From IMG/VR virus record IMGVR_UViG_3300044556_000129: 41,480 nucleotides of DNA. The stretch is one strand, 5' to 3'. The notes under the pieces were generated by a model. That model was not told the DNA's origin, ran no database searches, and worked only from the letters and a program-made list of their open reading frames with translations. Source of the DNA: a virus. Positions within the stretch are counted from its first letter, which is position 1. Each line of letters starts with the position of its first letter. Shown piece by piece: positions 23,397 through 31,142 of the stretch. Made by a program: the position numbers and the translations under genes.

Positions 23397-23963
23397 TTAT
23401 CTCCTTTCCAATGCACTCTGCATCCCTGTGGTCTGAAACATGTTGGAACCTGTGTCTATACAATACTGTACAATATCCGCATAAGCTCTTGATTCTTCAA
23501 TACGTAATTCCTGTGATACATTTTCGTCACCAAGATAACGTTCCTGAAAGAAAATAGCCGCTTCTGCTGTGATGAATGTTTTGAACTCATCAGGCAAGTC
23601 CTCAAAGTCAACAGCTTCAATGATAGTAAGTTGTACAGCTTCATTGAAGGTGTCTGTTTTTTCTGTAAGGTTATATAGAAAACCCCCACGTTTTACATAA
23701 ACTGCACCATTCGTCGCTGTAATCTTTATCCATGAGGGATTATATCTAATCTTTTTGCTGTTGGTGTCTGGCATAACAGTTACATTGGTCAAGGTGTTGA
23801 ACTGCCAACCTTGACGCTGAATATTTCGAGATACCGTATCAAGTAGACTTCGTGCATTATCAACATCAATAGATTCACTCTCTGTCAGACTATTAACAGG
23901 AGCTTCCCCAATGCTTGAAAGAATCAGATTGATTGCGTCTAACTCTGTAGATACAAATAGCAT
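23397..23963 (-). CDS. Tail tubular protein A / adaptor (T7 gp11-like)
   Basis: LDAINLILSSIGEAPVNSL...ARSLLDTVSRNIQRQGWQFN aligns with T7 gp11 LSAVNDILASIGEPPVSTL...[20 protein letters not shown]. Confidence 0.85.
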   Translation of the reverse strand: MLFVSTELDAINLILSSIGEAPVNSLTESESIDVDNARSLLDTVSRNIQRQGWQFNTLTNVTVMPDTNSKKIRYNPSWIKITATNGAVYVKRGGFLYNLTEKTDTFNEAVQLTIIEAVDFEDLPDEFKTFITAEAAIFFQERYLGDENVSQELRIEESRAYADIVQYCIDTGSNMFQTTGMQSALERR

Positions 23964-23991
23964 CTTTTCACTCCCTTTAAAAAGAATAAAA

Positions 23992-24010
23992 GGGGAGCGT
24001 TACACTCCCC
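23992..24010 (-). terminator. Intrinsic terminator just after the capsid gene (same position as T7 Tphi)
   Basis: Minus strand: GGGGAG-TGTAACG-CTCCCC followed by TTTTATTCTTTTT. Confidence 0.65.
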
Positions 24011-24023
24011 TAAACATTACCTA

Positions 24024-24857
24024 CTAAGCAGGATTGCTAATAACACCCATAAAGGTGGATTCCGGACGCAAACCACCAATACCAATAGCGTATTTAGCGA
24101 TTAACTGGTCTGCCTGATATTCAGCACGACGAGCTGTTTCAAAGCTGATGTCTTTCAAGGACAAGACACCAACAGAAGATTTGTGACAAATCAAAAGTGG
24201 GGACTTGCTGGCATATGCCGACGGGAAGGCATGACCATCCCCTTGGATAGTATTAGTCGGGTCATCACCACCCTGTGTCAGATGAGGACACTCAATAATT
24301 TGGAAACCATCCATGCTGATGATATTGGAATTAGTCAGCGTAGCGGCGGCGCCATAATTGCTGTTCAAGAAATCAAGGTTCGTTGCTAGTGCGGCGTGGA
24401 TTTCAGGAGTGACAAAGCAATAACGATCACCCTGCGGTACATAATTCTGCGCCATTTTCGCCTTTACTTCAAGCAGAATATCACGGACAGCAATACCTGT
24501 TTCTTTGTTAATTCCAAGTGTGGAACCAGTTGCGAGTTTCTTTTCAACGACTCCGCCTTTACCAAGACCAGCAACGTTTTCCGTAGTGTTCAGGGCTTCC
24601 TTAGCAACCTCTGCGAGAATAGAAGCATCCATTGAGATTGCCAGTGCTTCGCCGAGCTGTGTAGCATAAGGAGAACGGAAATCATAATGTGCGATAAATT
24701 CGTCAAGGTCAAATACCAAGCAGTCAGTCGTCAACAGACCATCAATAACAATGGTACGTTCACCCTGCTGAATGTTTTCGCGAAGGTCGTCAAGACTCTT
24801 ACCACTTTTAAGGTAATGTGCTTTAGTGCGACCAAATACAGGGAACTGAGCGGATTT
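24024..24857 (-). CDS. Major capsid protein (T7 gp10-like), exon 2
   Basis: The frame is open from 24860 (an in-frame TAA lies just upstream). Hand translation KSAQFPVFGRTKAHYLKSGKSLDDLRENIQQGERTIVIDGLLTTDCLVFD aligns with T7 gp10 KSAQFPVLGRTQAAYLAPGENLDDKRKDIKHTEKVITIDGLLTADVLIYD. There is no ATG or RBS at its 5' end. Confidence 0.9.
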   Translation of the reverse strand, partial: KSAQFPVFGRTKAHYLKSGKSLDDLRENIQQGERTIVIDGLLTTDCLVFDLDEFIAHYDFRSPYATQLGEALAISMDASILAEVAKEALNTTENVAGLGKGGVVEKKLATGSTLGINKETGIAVRDILLEVKAKMAQNYVPQGDRYCFVTPEIHAALATNLDFLNSNYGAAATLTNSNIISMDGFQIIECPHLTQGGDDPTNTIQGDGHAFPSAYASKSPLLICHKSSVGVLSLKDISFETARRAEYQADQLIAKYAIGIGGLRPESTFMGVISNPA

Positions 24858-25473
24858 CAGTTATCTTTACACAAGGACGCTACCCCTTGTGTGTGCATTT
24901 GCACCTCATAGTCACCTATGAGCTGAGACTATATCTTCAAGAATACTACTGGTACTTTTTGATATATGCAATCATATTCTCTATAGTGTCTATATTTTCT
25001 TCCATCAGACCAAGAGCTGTGTTGCATTTCGTACAAAGTAGACCTCTAAGTTTTCCAGTCTTATGGTCATGATCTCCTGTTAGCCGAGTGTATCTCGTAC
25101 TTCTAAGGGACTTTCCACATATGGCACATCTGCCATGCTGTTCTTTAAAGGCTCTATCATATGCTTCTTGTGTCCATCCTGTGTCTCGTACCGTTGATAA
25201 GCGGCTGAGACATACCTTACATTCAGAACGGTATTTGCCACTATCTTTTCTGAAATAAAATTCTGATAGTGGTTTTTCTTTACCACACAAGCGACATATC
25301 TTTGTATTCTCACTCCCCATTTCGGACGGCTTCGTCCTACTCCCTTTCGGGATAGTCGTTGAACGTTCCTTACTTGTCAGCAAGGCTTCGTTGCTAGTTG
25401 TCTCTGTCTGTTCGCGAGATATTCCAGCAGTTAAAGGAGTGTTTAAAGAGAGGCAAGTCCGCATTTACATTTC
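24858..25473 (-). mobile_element. Group I-like intron (616 nt) with an embedded homing-endonuclease gene, interrupting the capsid gene
   Basis: The exon junction is fixed by the T7 alignment (..SSG|KSAQFPV..). The 5' exon ends in U and the intron ends in G. The 3' end carries three consecutive perfect hairpins (24905-24922 with a GUGA loop, 24893-24904, 24869-24892), and the 5' part has a CCC-GAAA-GGG hairpin. Confidence 0.7.
24946..25320 (-). CDS. Endonuclease VII-family HNH (homing) endonuclease
   Basis: GRCAICGKSLRSTRYTRLTGDHDHKTGKLRGLLCTKCNTALG aligns with T4 endo VII GKCLICQREL...HLDHDHEL...GKVRGLLCNLCNAAEG. The likely start is ATG 25320. The ORF-track start at 25464 would read through the structured 5' intron RNA. 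Confidence 0.8.
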   Translation of the reverse strand: MGSENTKICRLCGKEKPLSEFYFRKDSGKYRSECKVCLSRLSTVRDTGWTQEAYDRAFKEQHGRCAICGKSLRSTRYTRLTGDHDHKTGKLRGLLCTKCNTALGLMEENIDTIENMIAYIKKYQ

Positions 25474-25653
25474 ACCACTCTGAATTGTACGTTTGATAAA
25501 TTTACCATTCGTTACGGAAGCACGTGCAAATGCCGTGAGAGTTTCACCACTAAATACTTTAAGGGCAAGAGCAAGTTTGTCGGCATCTGTGTTTGCCTTT
25601 GTACCAATCGCCATAGGAGTTGCAATTTTAATATCTGCCATAATTAATATCAT
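25474..25653 (-). CDS. Major capsid protein (T7 gp10-like), exon 1
   Basis: DKLALALKVFSGETLTAFARASVTNGKFIKRTIQSG aligns with T7 gp10 DKLALFLKVFGGEVLTAFARTSVTTSRHMVRSISSG. The ORF then runs 2 codons into the intron and stops. Confidence 0.9.
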
Positions 25654-25683
25654 CCACCTTTCAAAATAGAAATTATATAGAAA

Positions 25684-25708
25684 AAGACACCCAACTATGG
25701 AGTGTCTT
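25684..25708 (-). other. Stable hairpin plus U-run in the capsid leader (terminator-like or RNA processing/stability element)
   Basis: Minus strand: AAGACAC(U)CCA-UAGU-UGG-GUGUCUU followed by UUUUC. The stem is built from an inverted AGACAC/GTGTCT pair. Confidence 0.5.
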
Positions 25709-25720
25709 AATCATCAAGAA

Positions 25721-25738
25721 TTGTATTGGCTATTACAA
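25721..25738 (-). repeat. 18-nt element copy 3 (minus-strand sense TTGTAATAGCCAATACAA) upstream of the capsid gene
   Basis: Identical to 3962-3979 when read in the sense of the downstream gene. Confidence 0.8.
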
Positions 25739-25742
25739 TTTA

Positions 25743-26537
25743 CTAGAACAATTTAGAATATTTAACTTTTCGATACACTTCACGTGTAAACTTTGCATCT
25801 TTCTGATACCGAGGGTCAGACATATCTTTAATCATTTCATCCGTCGATTCATAGCCACTGCGGTCTACAGACGGAGCGGCACTGCCGACGATGGAAGGAC
25901 GCTGAGTACCATACTGTCTCACCATCTGACCTTTAATACCTTCAAGGGTCATGCGAATCTGCATGAGATTTTCACTGTCCAATGTAGCATTAAAGGCATT
26001 AATGACATCCTGATTTTGGGAAGACACAAACTGCTGAATACGTGCAAATTCTTCCTGCCCACCTGCCAATGCATATACATCATTGACAAAGCGAGTGGAA
26101 GCGGCTTCCCAACCTGCGAGAATACCATCAACAACGGCTTTAGGATACCCTGCTTTTTCAAGGGTTTCATAAGACTGCTGACTAATACTACCATTGTTCA
26201 TGTATTCTGTTTCGAGTCCTGCAAAATCAACACCCTTAGTTACTAAGTCTTTTTCGACACCATCAAGGGCTTCATGTGCATTGGTCAACTGCTGTTCAGA
26301 CGTCTGTTCACCTTTCGTAGCTTCTTCCTGTTCAGGCTGTGTGTCTGTCTGAGAATCGTCCGTACCCTGTGTGTCTTCTCCTGCTACATCATTCAGTACA
26401 TTATCTACACTTTCAGCAGTATCTTTTACAGACAACTGAGTATAAGCAGATGTAGACACGGTGATATTATTCTGCGTCTGTTCCGCCTGTGCTTCTACCT
26501 GCTGTGTGTCTACCACTTTATTTTCATTTTCATCCAT
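25743..26537 (-). CDS. Scaffolding protein (T7 gp9 position)
   Basis: 264 aa, acidic, with a low-complexity N-terminus. Lies between the portal and capsid genes. Confidence 0.6.
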   Translation of the reverse strand: MDENENKVVDTQQVEAQAEQTQNNITVSTSAYTQLSVKDTAESVDNVLNDVAGEDTQGTDDSQTDTQPEQEEATKGEQTSEQQLTNAHEALDGVEKDLVTKGVDFAGLETEYMNNGSISQQSYETLEKAGYPKAVVDGILAGWEAASTRFVNDVYALAGGQEEFARIQQFVSSQNQDVINAFNATLDSENLMQIRMTLEGIKGQMVRQYGTQRPSIVGSAAPSVDRSGYESTDEMIKDMSDPRYQKDAKFTREVYRKVKYSKLF

Positions 26538-26552
26538 TATTTATCATTCTCC

Positions 26553-28106
26553 TTATTGTGAATTATCTTTCATCATTCCCTGTGCGATAGGCGACGCCAT
26601 CTGCTGTGCCATCTGAGCTTGCATCATTTGAACTTGCATTGCTTGATATTCTTCATCACTCATAACAAGTGAATCTGCATCAAGGCCGAGGGCCGTACCA
26701 ATCTGAGACAGGACATTACCTGTCTTCAAACGCTGTTGAAAATCAGGAAGTACGGAACATGTCTGCAAGAACTGTTCAATTTTTGTTAAATCATGTCCTC
26801 GTCCCAAAGCTTCCATACCCGTGACAATATGTGTCTGCACACCATCACTCCCCTGTGGAATATCAGGAAGTGCGCCCTGCGCCATGAGTTGAGCCATAAG
26901 GCATTGTACAAGGGGTAACTGTAATTCTAAAGACAACAGGGAATAAATATTGCCTACGCTGTCTTCTAACTCATTTGCTACATAACGTATTTCTTCGGCT
27001 GTAACTCGTTCTGCATTACGCTGTACCGAACTGTTTAGCAGGAAAGCAAATGACAAATTGCTTTGAAGTTCCTGCTTGTGCTGATAAGCTACTTGTAAGT
27101 CACTAACTTTATTCAGCTGAAAAGCTGTAATGTCTCCCTCTTTACCCTTAAAGAAGTCGCCACTTTGTGCGTCTTTCAGTTTGTCGACACGGAGCTGGGA
27201 AGAAGGATTCACAAGGAATAAAGCAAAAGCAGATAATGTAGCCATTTCTGCAATAGATTTACTGATAGAGTTAAGGGACTTCAAATCCCCATAGTATTCA
27301 TCTACATAAGAACGCCCATAAGACTCCCCATCCATCTTACGGAGTCGCAAGGGAATCCAAGGAACCTTATCCCTAGGAAATTCCTGTTCGCTACCTTTGA
27401 TAATCTGTCCTTCAATCTCTTGATACATTTCAAATGTTTCACCATCTGCAAGATATACATGAGTGTAAAGCTCAACATTCTTGTCAGGCGAAACGTCTGT
27501 ACCTTCTACGCAAGCCTGTGCTTCGGGGGGCAAGGCGGCATAACTAATACTATCTTTCGCAATCAGTTCAATCCAATTCCCTGTGCCATCACGCACCACA
27601 ACATAGTTATTCAGACGATATAATTTGATACCACCTGTCTGAGGTGGAAGATACAGCAAGCAGTTACCTGCTACGATGAGCTGTAAGACACCCTCACTAA
27701 TGGTGATACGGCATCGATTAGTTTCCATATAATCCATCAGCTGGCGTTCAATCGCCCCCATAATCTTATCAATCTTTGTCATAGCGGACGTATCCCCTTG
27801 CTGTGCTACCTGCTGTTTTGCCACGTCCCCCAACTCCAATTTAAAAAATGGTTCATTAGGGGGAAAGAGAGCCAGCATAATTTTAGCCGCTAAGTTATTA
27901 ACGCCCCTAGCACCAATGCTCTGATATGGTGTCTCATACTCTGTTGTCGAGGTAGCATTTTCATCAGGGAACAACATAGGAATCGTAATCTTTGCGTTCT
28001 TTACCGCTCTGTCTACATACACCTTTCTATCGGACACCAATTTATCATAACGGGATTTAGCGGTATCTGTCCGATAAAATGTATTGGTGTCTACGCCATT
28101 ACTCAT
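26553..28106 (-). CDS. Portal protein (T7 gp8-like)
   Basis: GARGVNNLAAKIMLALFP, LRKMDGESYGRSYVDEYYGDLKSL and RVTAEEIRYVANELEDSVGNIYSLLSLELQLPLV align with T7 gp8 GARGLNNLASKLMLALFP, VRLDGESYGRSYIEEYLGDLRSL and RVTAEEIRYVASELEDTLGGVYSILSQELQLPLV. Confidence 0.92.
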   Translation of the reverse strand: MSNGVDTNTFYRTDTAKSRYDKLVSDRKVYVDRAVKNAKITIPMLFPDENATSTTEYETPYQSIGARGVNNLAAKIMLALFPPNEPFFKLELGDVAKQQVAQQGDTSAMTKIDKIMGAIERQLMDYMETNRCRITISEGVLQLIVAGNCLLYLPPQTGGIKLYRLNNYVVVRDGTGNWIELIAKDSISYAALPPEAQACVEGTDVSPDKNVELYTHVYLADGETFEMYQEIEGQIIKGSEQEFPRDKVPWIPLRLRKMDGESYGRSYVDEYYGDLKSLNSISKSIAEMATLSAFALFLVNPSSQLRVDKLKDAQSGDFFKGKEGDITAFQLNKVSDLQVAYQHKQELQSNLSFAFLLNSSVQRNAERVTAEEIRYVANELEDSVGNIYSLLSLELQLPLVQCLMAQLMAQGALPDIPQGSDGVQTHIVTGMEALGRGHDLTKIEQFLQTCSVLPDFQQRLKTGNVLSQIGTALGLDADSLVMSDEEYQAMQVQMMQAQMAQQMASPIAQGMMKDNSQ

Positions 28107-28405
28107 AAGTTAATACCGGAACCGCCACCACTAGAGCCAGCAGAGGAAGACACAAACAACGAATTTTTGCCCCGTTTCTTCTTCTGATTCTGAATAGCGG
28201 CATCATATTCAGCCTGTTCAGCCATTGTGGGCGCAGGGGCCGCACTCGGAGTAACAACAATCGGCTGTTCACTGCTTGCTACATTATTACGATAAGAACC
28301 CCCAAAAATACCACCTGTAACGGCACCTACTGTTTTCTTCACGGCACCTGTGACACCATGCCATGCCTTAGATACAGTGTGTCCTAACCAACCACCACTA
28401 GACAT
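28103..28405 (-). CDS. gp7.3-like small virion/tail protein
   Basis: The C-terminus QKKKRGKNSLFVSSSAGSSGGGSGINL matches the T7 gp7.3 C-terminus GRKKARAGGKKSLSVARSSGGGINI. Confidence 0.6.
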   Translation of the reverse strand: MSSGGWLGHTVSKAWHGVTGAVKKTVGAVTGGIFGGSYRNNVASSEQPIVVTPSAAPAPTMAEQAEYDAAIQNQKKKRGKNSLFVSSSAGSSGGGSGINL

Positions 28406-28710
28406 TAAAGACCACTCCTTCCTGTATAATCACTTGTAGAGCCTACCCCACCTGTAGAATCACCTTTTACATACAAGCTAGACAGCCCACGTTTATTTCT
28501 TTTCTTTTGCTGGTAGGTTGTATCACTTCCCATTACGGGTGCATCTGGTGTCTGGGCTGGTGTACTCGGCACCAAATCAGAAGCCTTTACAGTAGGACTA
28601 TATGTATCAGCCGCACTATATGTATGGCTCCCTGCACCTGTAATACTTGAAATAATTTTCATGGGGAGTGACAACAAACTACCTAGCCAACCACCACTAG
28701 ACATATTCAA
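28405..28710 (-). CDS. gp7.3-like paralogue
   Basis: Shares the N-terminus MSSGGWLG and the basic motif QQKKRNKRGLSSLYV with the adjacent gene. Confidence 0.5.
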   Translation of the reverse strand: MNMSSGGWLGSLLSLPMKIISSITGAGSHTYSAADTYSPTVKASDLVPSTPAQTPDAPVMGSDTTYQQKKRNKRGLSSLYVKGDSTGGVGSTSDYTGRSGL

Positions 28711-28889
28711 TCCTTCCTTTCTGCCAGATTATGCAAGACAGAAATTACCTCTGTACAGCCCTGCATATATCCCATGCGAATGTCATTGTTTTCAGCGTCC
28801 GCATTAATAAAAAAATCTGGCGTATAAATAGCTGTAAGATAATCAACAACATCTCTAGGGACAAAAGGAAGCTCATCATGCATAATCAT
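28707..28889 (-). CDS. Hypothetical 60-aa protein
   Basis: ATG ORF overlapping its neighbours by 4 nt (coupled). Confidence 0.45.
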   Translation of the reverse strand: MIMHDELPFVPRDVVDYLTAIYTPDFFINADAENNDIRMGYMQGCTEVISVLHNLAERKD

Positions 28890-28892
28890 TTA

Positions 28893-29363
28893 TTATTTCA
28901 TCTCCTTCAAATAGGATTCACCAAAGACAACAAAACCATTCTTCTTATACATGTTCCGAACAATCGGTGTGTCTTTAACCATACTACTACCAGAGCAAAC
29001 CATGACACATTCATTATCACGCGCAATGTCTTCCAAGAGCTGGACTGCAAATCGCCCAAAGCCATTAGGTTTTGTACCTATGGAAACCACCAAATCTTCC
29101 ACCAATACAGGGCCGTCAATCCACCAAAGCTCAACCACATTACAAGCTAAGATACCTGCATATTTTCCCTGTTCATCTGCAAAGACAGCCAGTGTACCAA
29201 GCTTCTGCATTTCCCACATCTGCTGTACTAAATCTTGAATGGACTTTCTGTGTCTGAACAAAGGTGTTGGATTCTTGTCGGCTTTATGTGTAATGGCCGT
29301 TACAATAATTTCCATATCGTCAAGTGTTACATCATTTACGAGTGTAAATTTTGGGGTGTCCAT
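28893..29363 (-). CDS. GNAT-family N-acetyltransferase-like protein
   Basis: 156 aa. ...VEDLVVSIGTKPNGFGRFAVQLLEDIAR... resembles the acetyl-CoA binding motif A, with ...YKKNGF near the C-terminus. Confidence 0.45.
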   Translation of the reverse strand: MDTPKFTLVNDVTLDDMEIIVTAITHKADKNPTPLFRHRKSIQDLVQQMWEMQKLGTLAVFADEQGKYAGILACNVVELWWIDGPVLVEDLVVSIGTKPNGFGRFAVQLLEDIARDNECVMVCSGSSMVKDTPIVRNMYKKNGFVVFGESYLKEMK

Positions 29364-30115
29364 AATTTTACCTTTCCTTTCTCATAATCACCATCTTGTA
29401 AGATATGTGCCACACGAGCCTGTAATAGTGCATCATCTTCTGTAAGATTAGCTTTCTTGAAACAATCAACTACAACTTCCCATGTGGGACTATCATCTAA
29501 AATACGTTCTGCTCTTACCTTGCCTATCTTCGGGCATCCTGTGTAGTTATCAGCAGTATCCCCTACAAGAGTCTGATAGAGCAGTTTATAGTTTGCTTCT
29601 TCCTGTGTCACCTCTACCAAGGTGTCTGTCAGGAAGTTATAAATCTTTGTCGGTATCGTCTGCATATCTTTATCGGCAGAAATAATAATGTTGTTTCCTT
29701 TGTACTTCCCTGTCGCCAAAAGACCAATAACATCATCGGCTTCTAGGGTGTCTAATTGTTCAGACACCCAATTTTCTCGAACCCATTGTTTGAGTGCGTG
29801 GTAGGCAACAGGTTTTCTTTTTCCGACACGATTCAACTTATATGTGGGCAACAACTTCTTTCTAAAGTTGTGTTCGTCATCTGAAAAAGCATAGACAACA
29901 CGGACTGAACCTGAATAGTGGTCAAGCTCTAAGGCTCTTTGTATCCAGTCATCCATGTGGTCTTGCAAGTATGCCAGTGCTTCATTAAAATCAACATGGA
30001 GTGTCCATATATCATTACCCCAATCAATCTCACATTCACAAGATGAACAAGCACGGTAGACAGCCATGTCAGCATCCACAAGGATTGTGATAGGTTTCTT
30101 CATAGGCTTATACAT
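29336..30115 (-). CDS. 5'-3' exonuclease (T7 gp6-like, FEN/PIN fold)
   Basis: ILVDADMAVYRA..., ISADKDMQTIPT..., LYQTLVGDTADNYTGCPKIG and ...LLQARVAHIL...LWTP align with T7 gp6 ILVMDGDWLVFQA, ISCDKDFKTIPN, LFQTIKGDITDGYSGIAGWG and ...QGQMARIL...LWRP. The start is taken at ATG 30115, which overlaps the upstream stop. Confidence 0.88.
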   Translation of the reverse strand: MYKPMKKPITILVDADMAVYRACSSCECEIDWGNDIWTLHVDFNEALAYLQDHMDDWIQRALELDHYSGSVRVVYAFSDDEHNFRKKLLPTYKLNRVGKRKPVAYHALKQWVRENWVSEQLDTLEADDVIGLLATGKYKGNNIIISADKDMQTIPTKIYNFLTDTLVEVTQEEANYKLLYQTLVGDTADNYTGCPKIGKVRAERILDDSPTWEVVVDCFKKANLTEDDALLQARVAHILQDGDYEKGKVKLWTPQNLHS

Positions 30116-30350
30116 CACTCTTATCCCCCACGGGAACATATAGACCACAACGACACGTGTTATACTTTCTCATATATTTGCAAGGGCAAATAGTGTCTTT
30201 TGTCTTAGAAGGTTGACATGGACAATAACCATCATTCAGTGCTAAACGTCCTCTAATGGTGTCATAGACAGTATGGTTACGTGTCACTTGCATGTGGCGT
30301 TCTTTGAGAAACTTGCTGTTATCCCCATAGATAGTATACGCGGCTATCAT
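30108..30350 (-). CDS. Ferredoxin:thioredoxin reductase catalytic-subunit-like Fe-S protein
   Basis: CPC-x9-CPC-x8-CRC (YCPCQPSKTKDTICPCKYMRKYNTCRCGLY) resembles the FTR catalytic chain CPC...CPCVPMRERKECHCMLF. Confidence 0.55.
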   Translation of the reverse strand: MIAAYTIYGDNSKFLKERHMQVTRNHTVYDTIRGRLALNDGYCPCQPSKTKDTICPCKYMRKYNTCRCGLYVPVGDKSDV

Positions 30351-30940
30351 TAGATCACCCCCAATTCTTTTGCTTTTGGAAGTGATTCAATCCAATCACA
30401 AATAACTTTCCATTCGGGTAATCTGTGTGTCTTTCGCTGTGCATAGATATTTTTCAGCTGTAAGTAATTTGTAGTCATGCGAGCTGTTAATAAAAGACCA
30501 CTAGGATAACTATAAATCATGCGACGCCAATTTTCTTCCGTGGGTTTCTGATTATAATCTCGCACAATATCAAGGAACATATCAGCTATATGACGGTCTG
30601 TGTAGGGGATGAAGCGAACATCCATTTTTGCCAGCATGTGCATCGCGGACATAGAAGACACAAAATCTAAGAAATGATACCGCTGTGCTTCGGGCCATGC
30701 CTGTTTTGTGAGTGTCAAGTCAAACTGAACAATGATACCCTTCAAATAACAATCATGACCACTACCAGCAGGCGCGTTGCCAAGACGCATGGCACGTTTC
30801 ATATCACCATTAGTAGGACGCCGTGTCTCCAAATTACAAGGATTCAATTTATCAGACATCGGGTATCCCGACGCAACAATAGATTCATCAAGGCCATAAA
30901 CAAAGGTGTTATCAATGATATGGTAATCATGCTTTTTCAT
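30350..30940 (-). CDS. ThyX-like (flavin-dependent thymidylate synthase fold) protein with a divergent active-site motif
   Basis: GHDCYLKGIIVQFDL..., ...QRYHFLDFVSSMS and ...TTNYLQLKNIYAQRKTHRLPEWKVI parallel ThyX GHETPFEHIVFTFHV, RHRIASYNELSGRY and [22 protein letters not shown]. The RHR..S motif is not conserved. Confidence 0.4.
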   Translation of the reverse strand: MKKHDYHIIDNTFVYGLDESIVASGYPMSDKLNPCNLETRRPTNGDMKRAMRLGNAPAGSGHDCYLKGIIVQFDLTLTKQAWPEAQRYHFLDFVSSMSAMHMLAKMDVRFIPYTDRHIADMFLDIVRDYNQKPTEENWRRMIYSYPSGLLLTARMTTNYLQLKNIYAQRKTHRLPEWKVICDWIESLPKAKELGVI

Positions 30941-31142
30941 ACTTATTGTGTCTCCTTTCGCTTTTCGACATTTCCTTTTTCATTTCATTAGACTGTGGGT
31001 ATGTAACATAACCACACGAACATATAATTTCCTCTACATTTTTAGCACACCCTGTAACTAAAGTGCGCCCACATTTTTTACAACGGATTCTTTTAGCGTA
31101 CATATAACTCCCCCTAATGACAATCAAACCAATTGTGTCCAA
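30927..31142 (-). CDS. Small zinc-ribbon protein
   Basis: CKKCGRT...CSCGY. The track start is TTG, and an internal ATG (MYAKRIRCKKCG) is also possible. Confidence 0.45.
   Translation of the reverse strand: MDTIGLIVIRGSYMYAKRIRCKKCGRTLVTGCAKNVEEIICSCGYVTYPQSNEMKKEMSKSERRHNKYEKA

Noticed and set aside
24024-24060. A T7-style gp10A/10B frameshift extension at the capsid 3' end
   Set aside because: The terminator hairpin begins about 15 nt after the stop codon, leaving no room for an extended frame.
24315-24321. Additional CTGATGA boxes (here on the plus strand, and at 27961-27967 on the minus strand) as further hammerheads
   Set aside because: There is no nearby GAAA plus GUC arrangement with pairing stems, and both lie inside conserved coding sequence.
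24854-24859. The hexamer UGAAAU present at both intron boundaries (also at 25469-25474) as a target-site duplication or alternative splice junction
   Set aside because: Joining within the repeat puts exon 2 out of frame and hits a stop. Only the GGU|AAA junction restores the gp10 alignment, so the repeat is probably coincidental.
25721-25738. The 18-nt element as a late promoter for the phage RNAP
   Set aside because: It shares only AATTGT with the six-copy promoter family and lacks the GCCACGTAGTGAAG part. A single RNAP is unlikely to recognise both.
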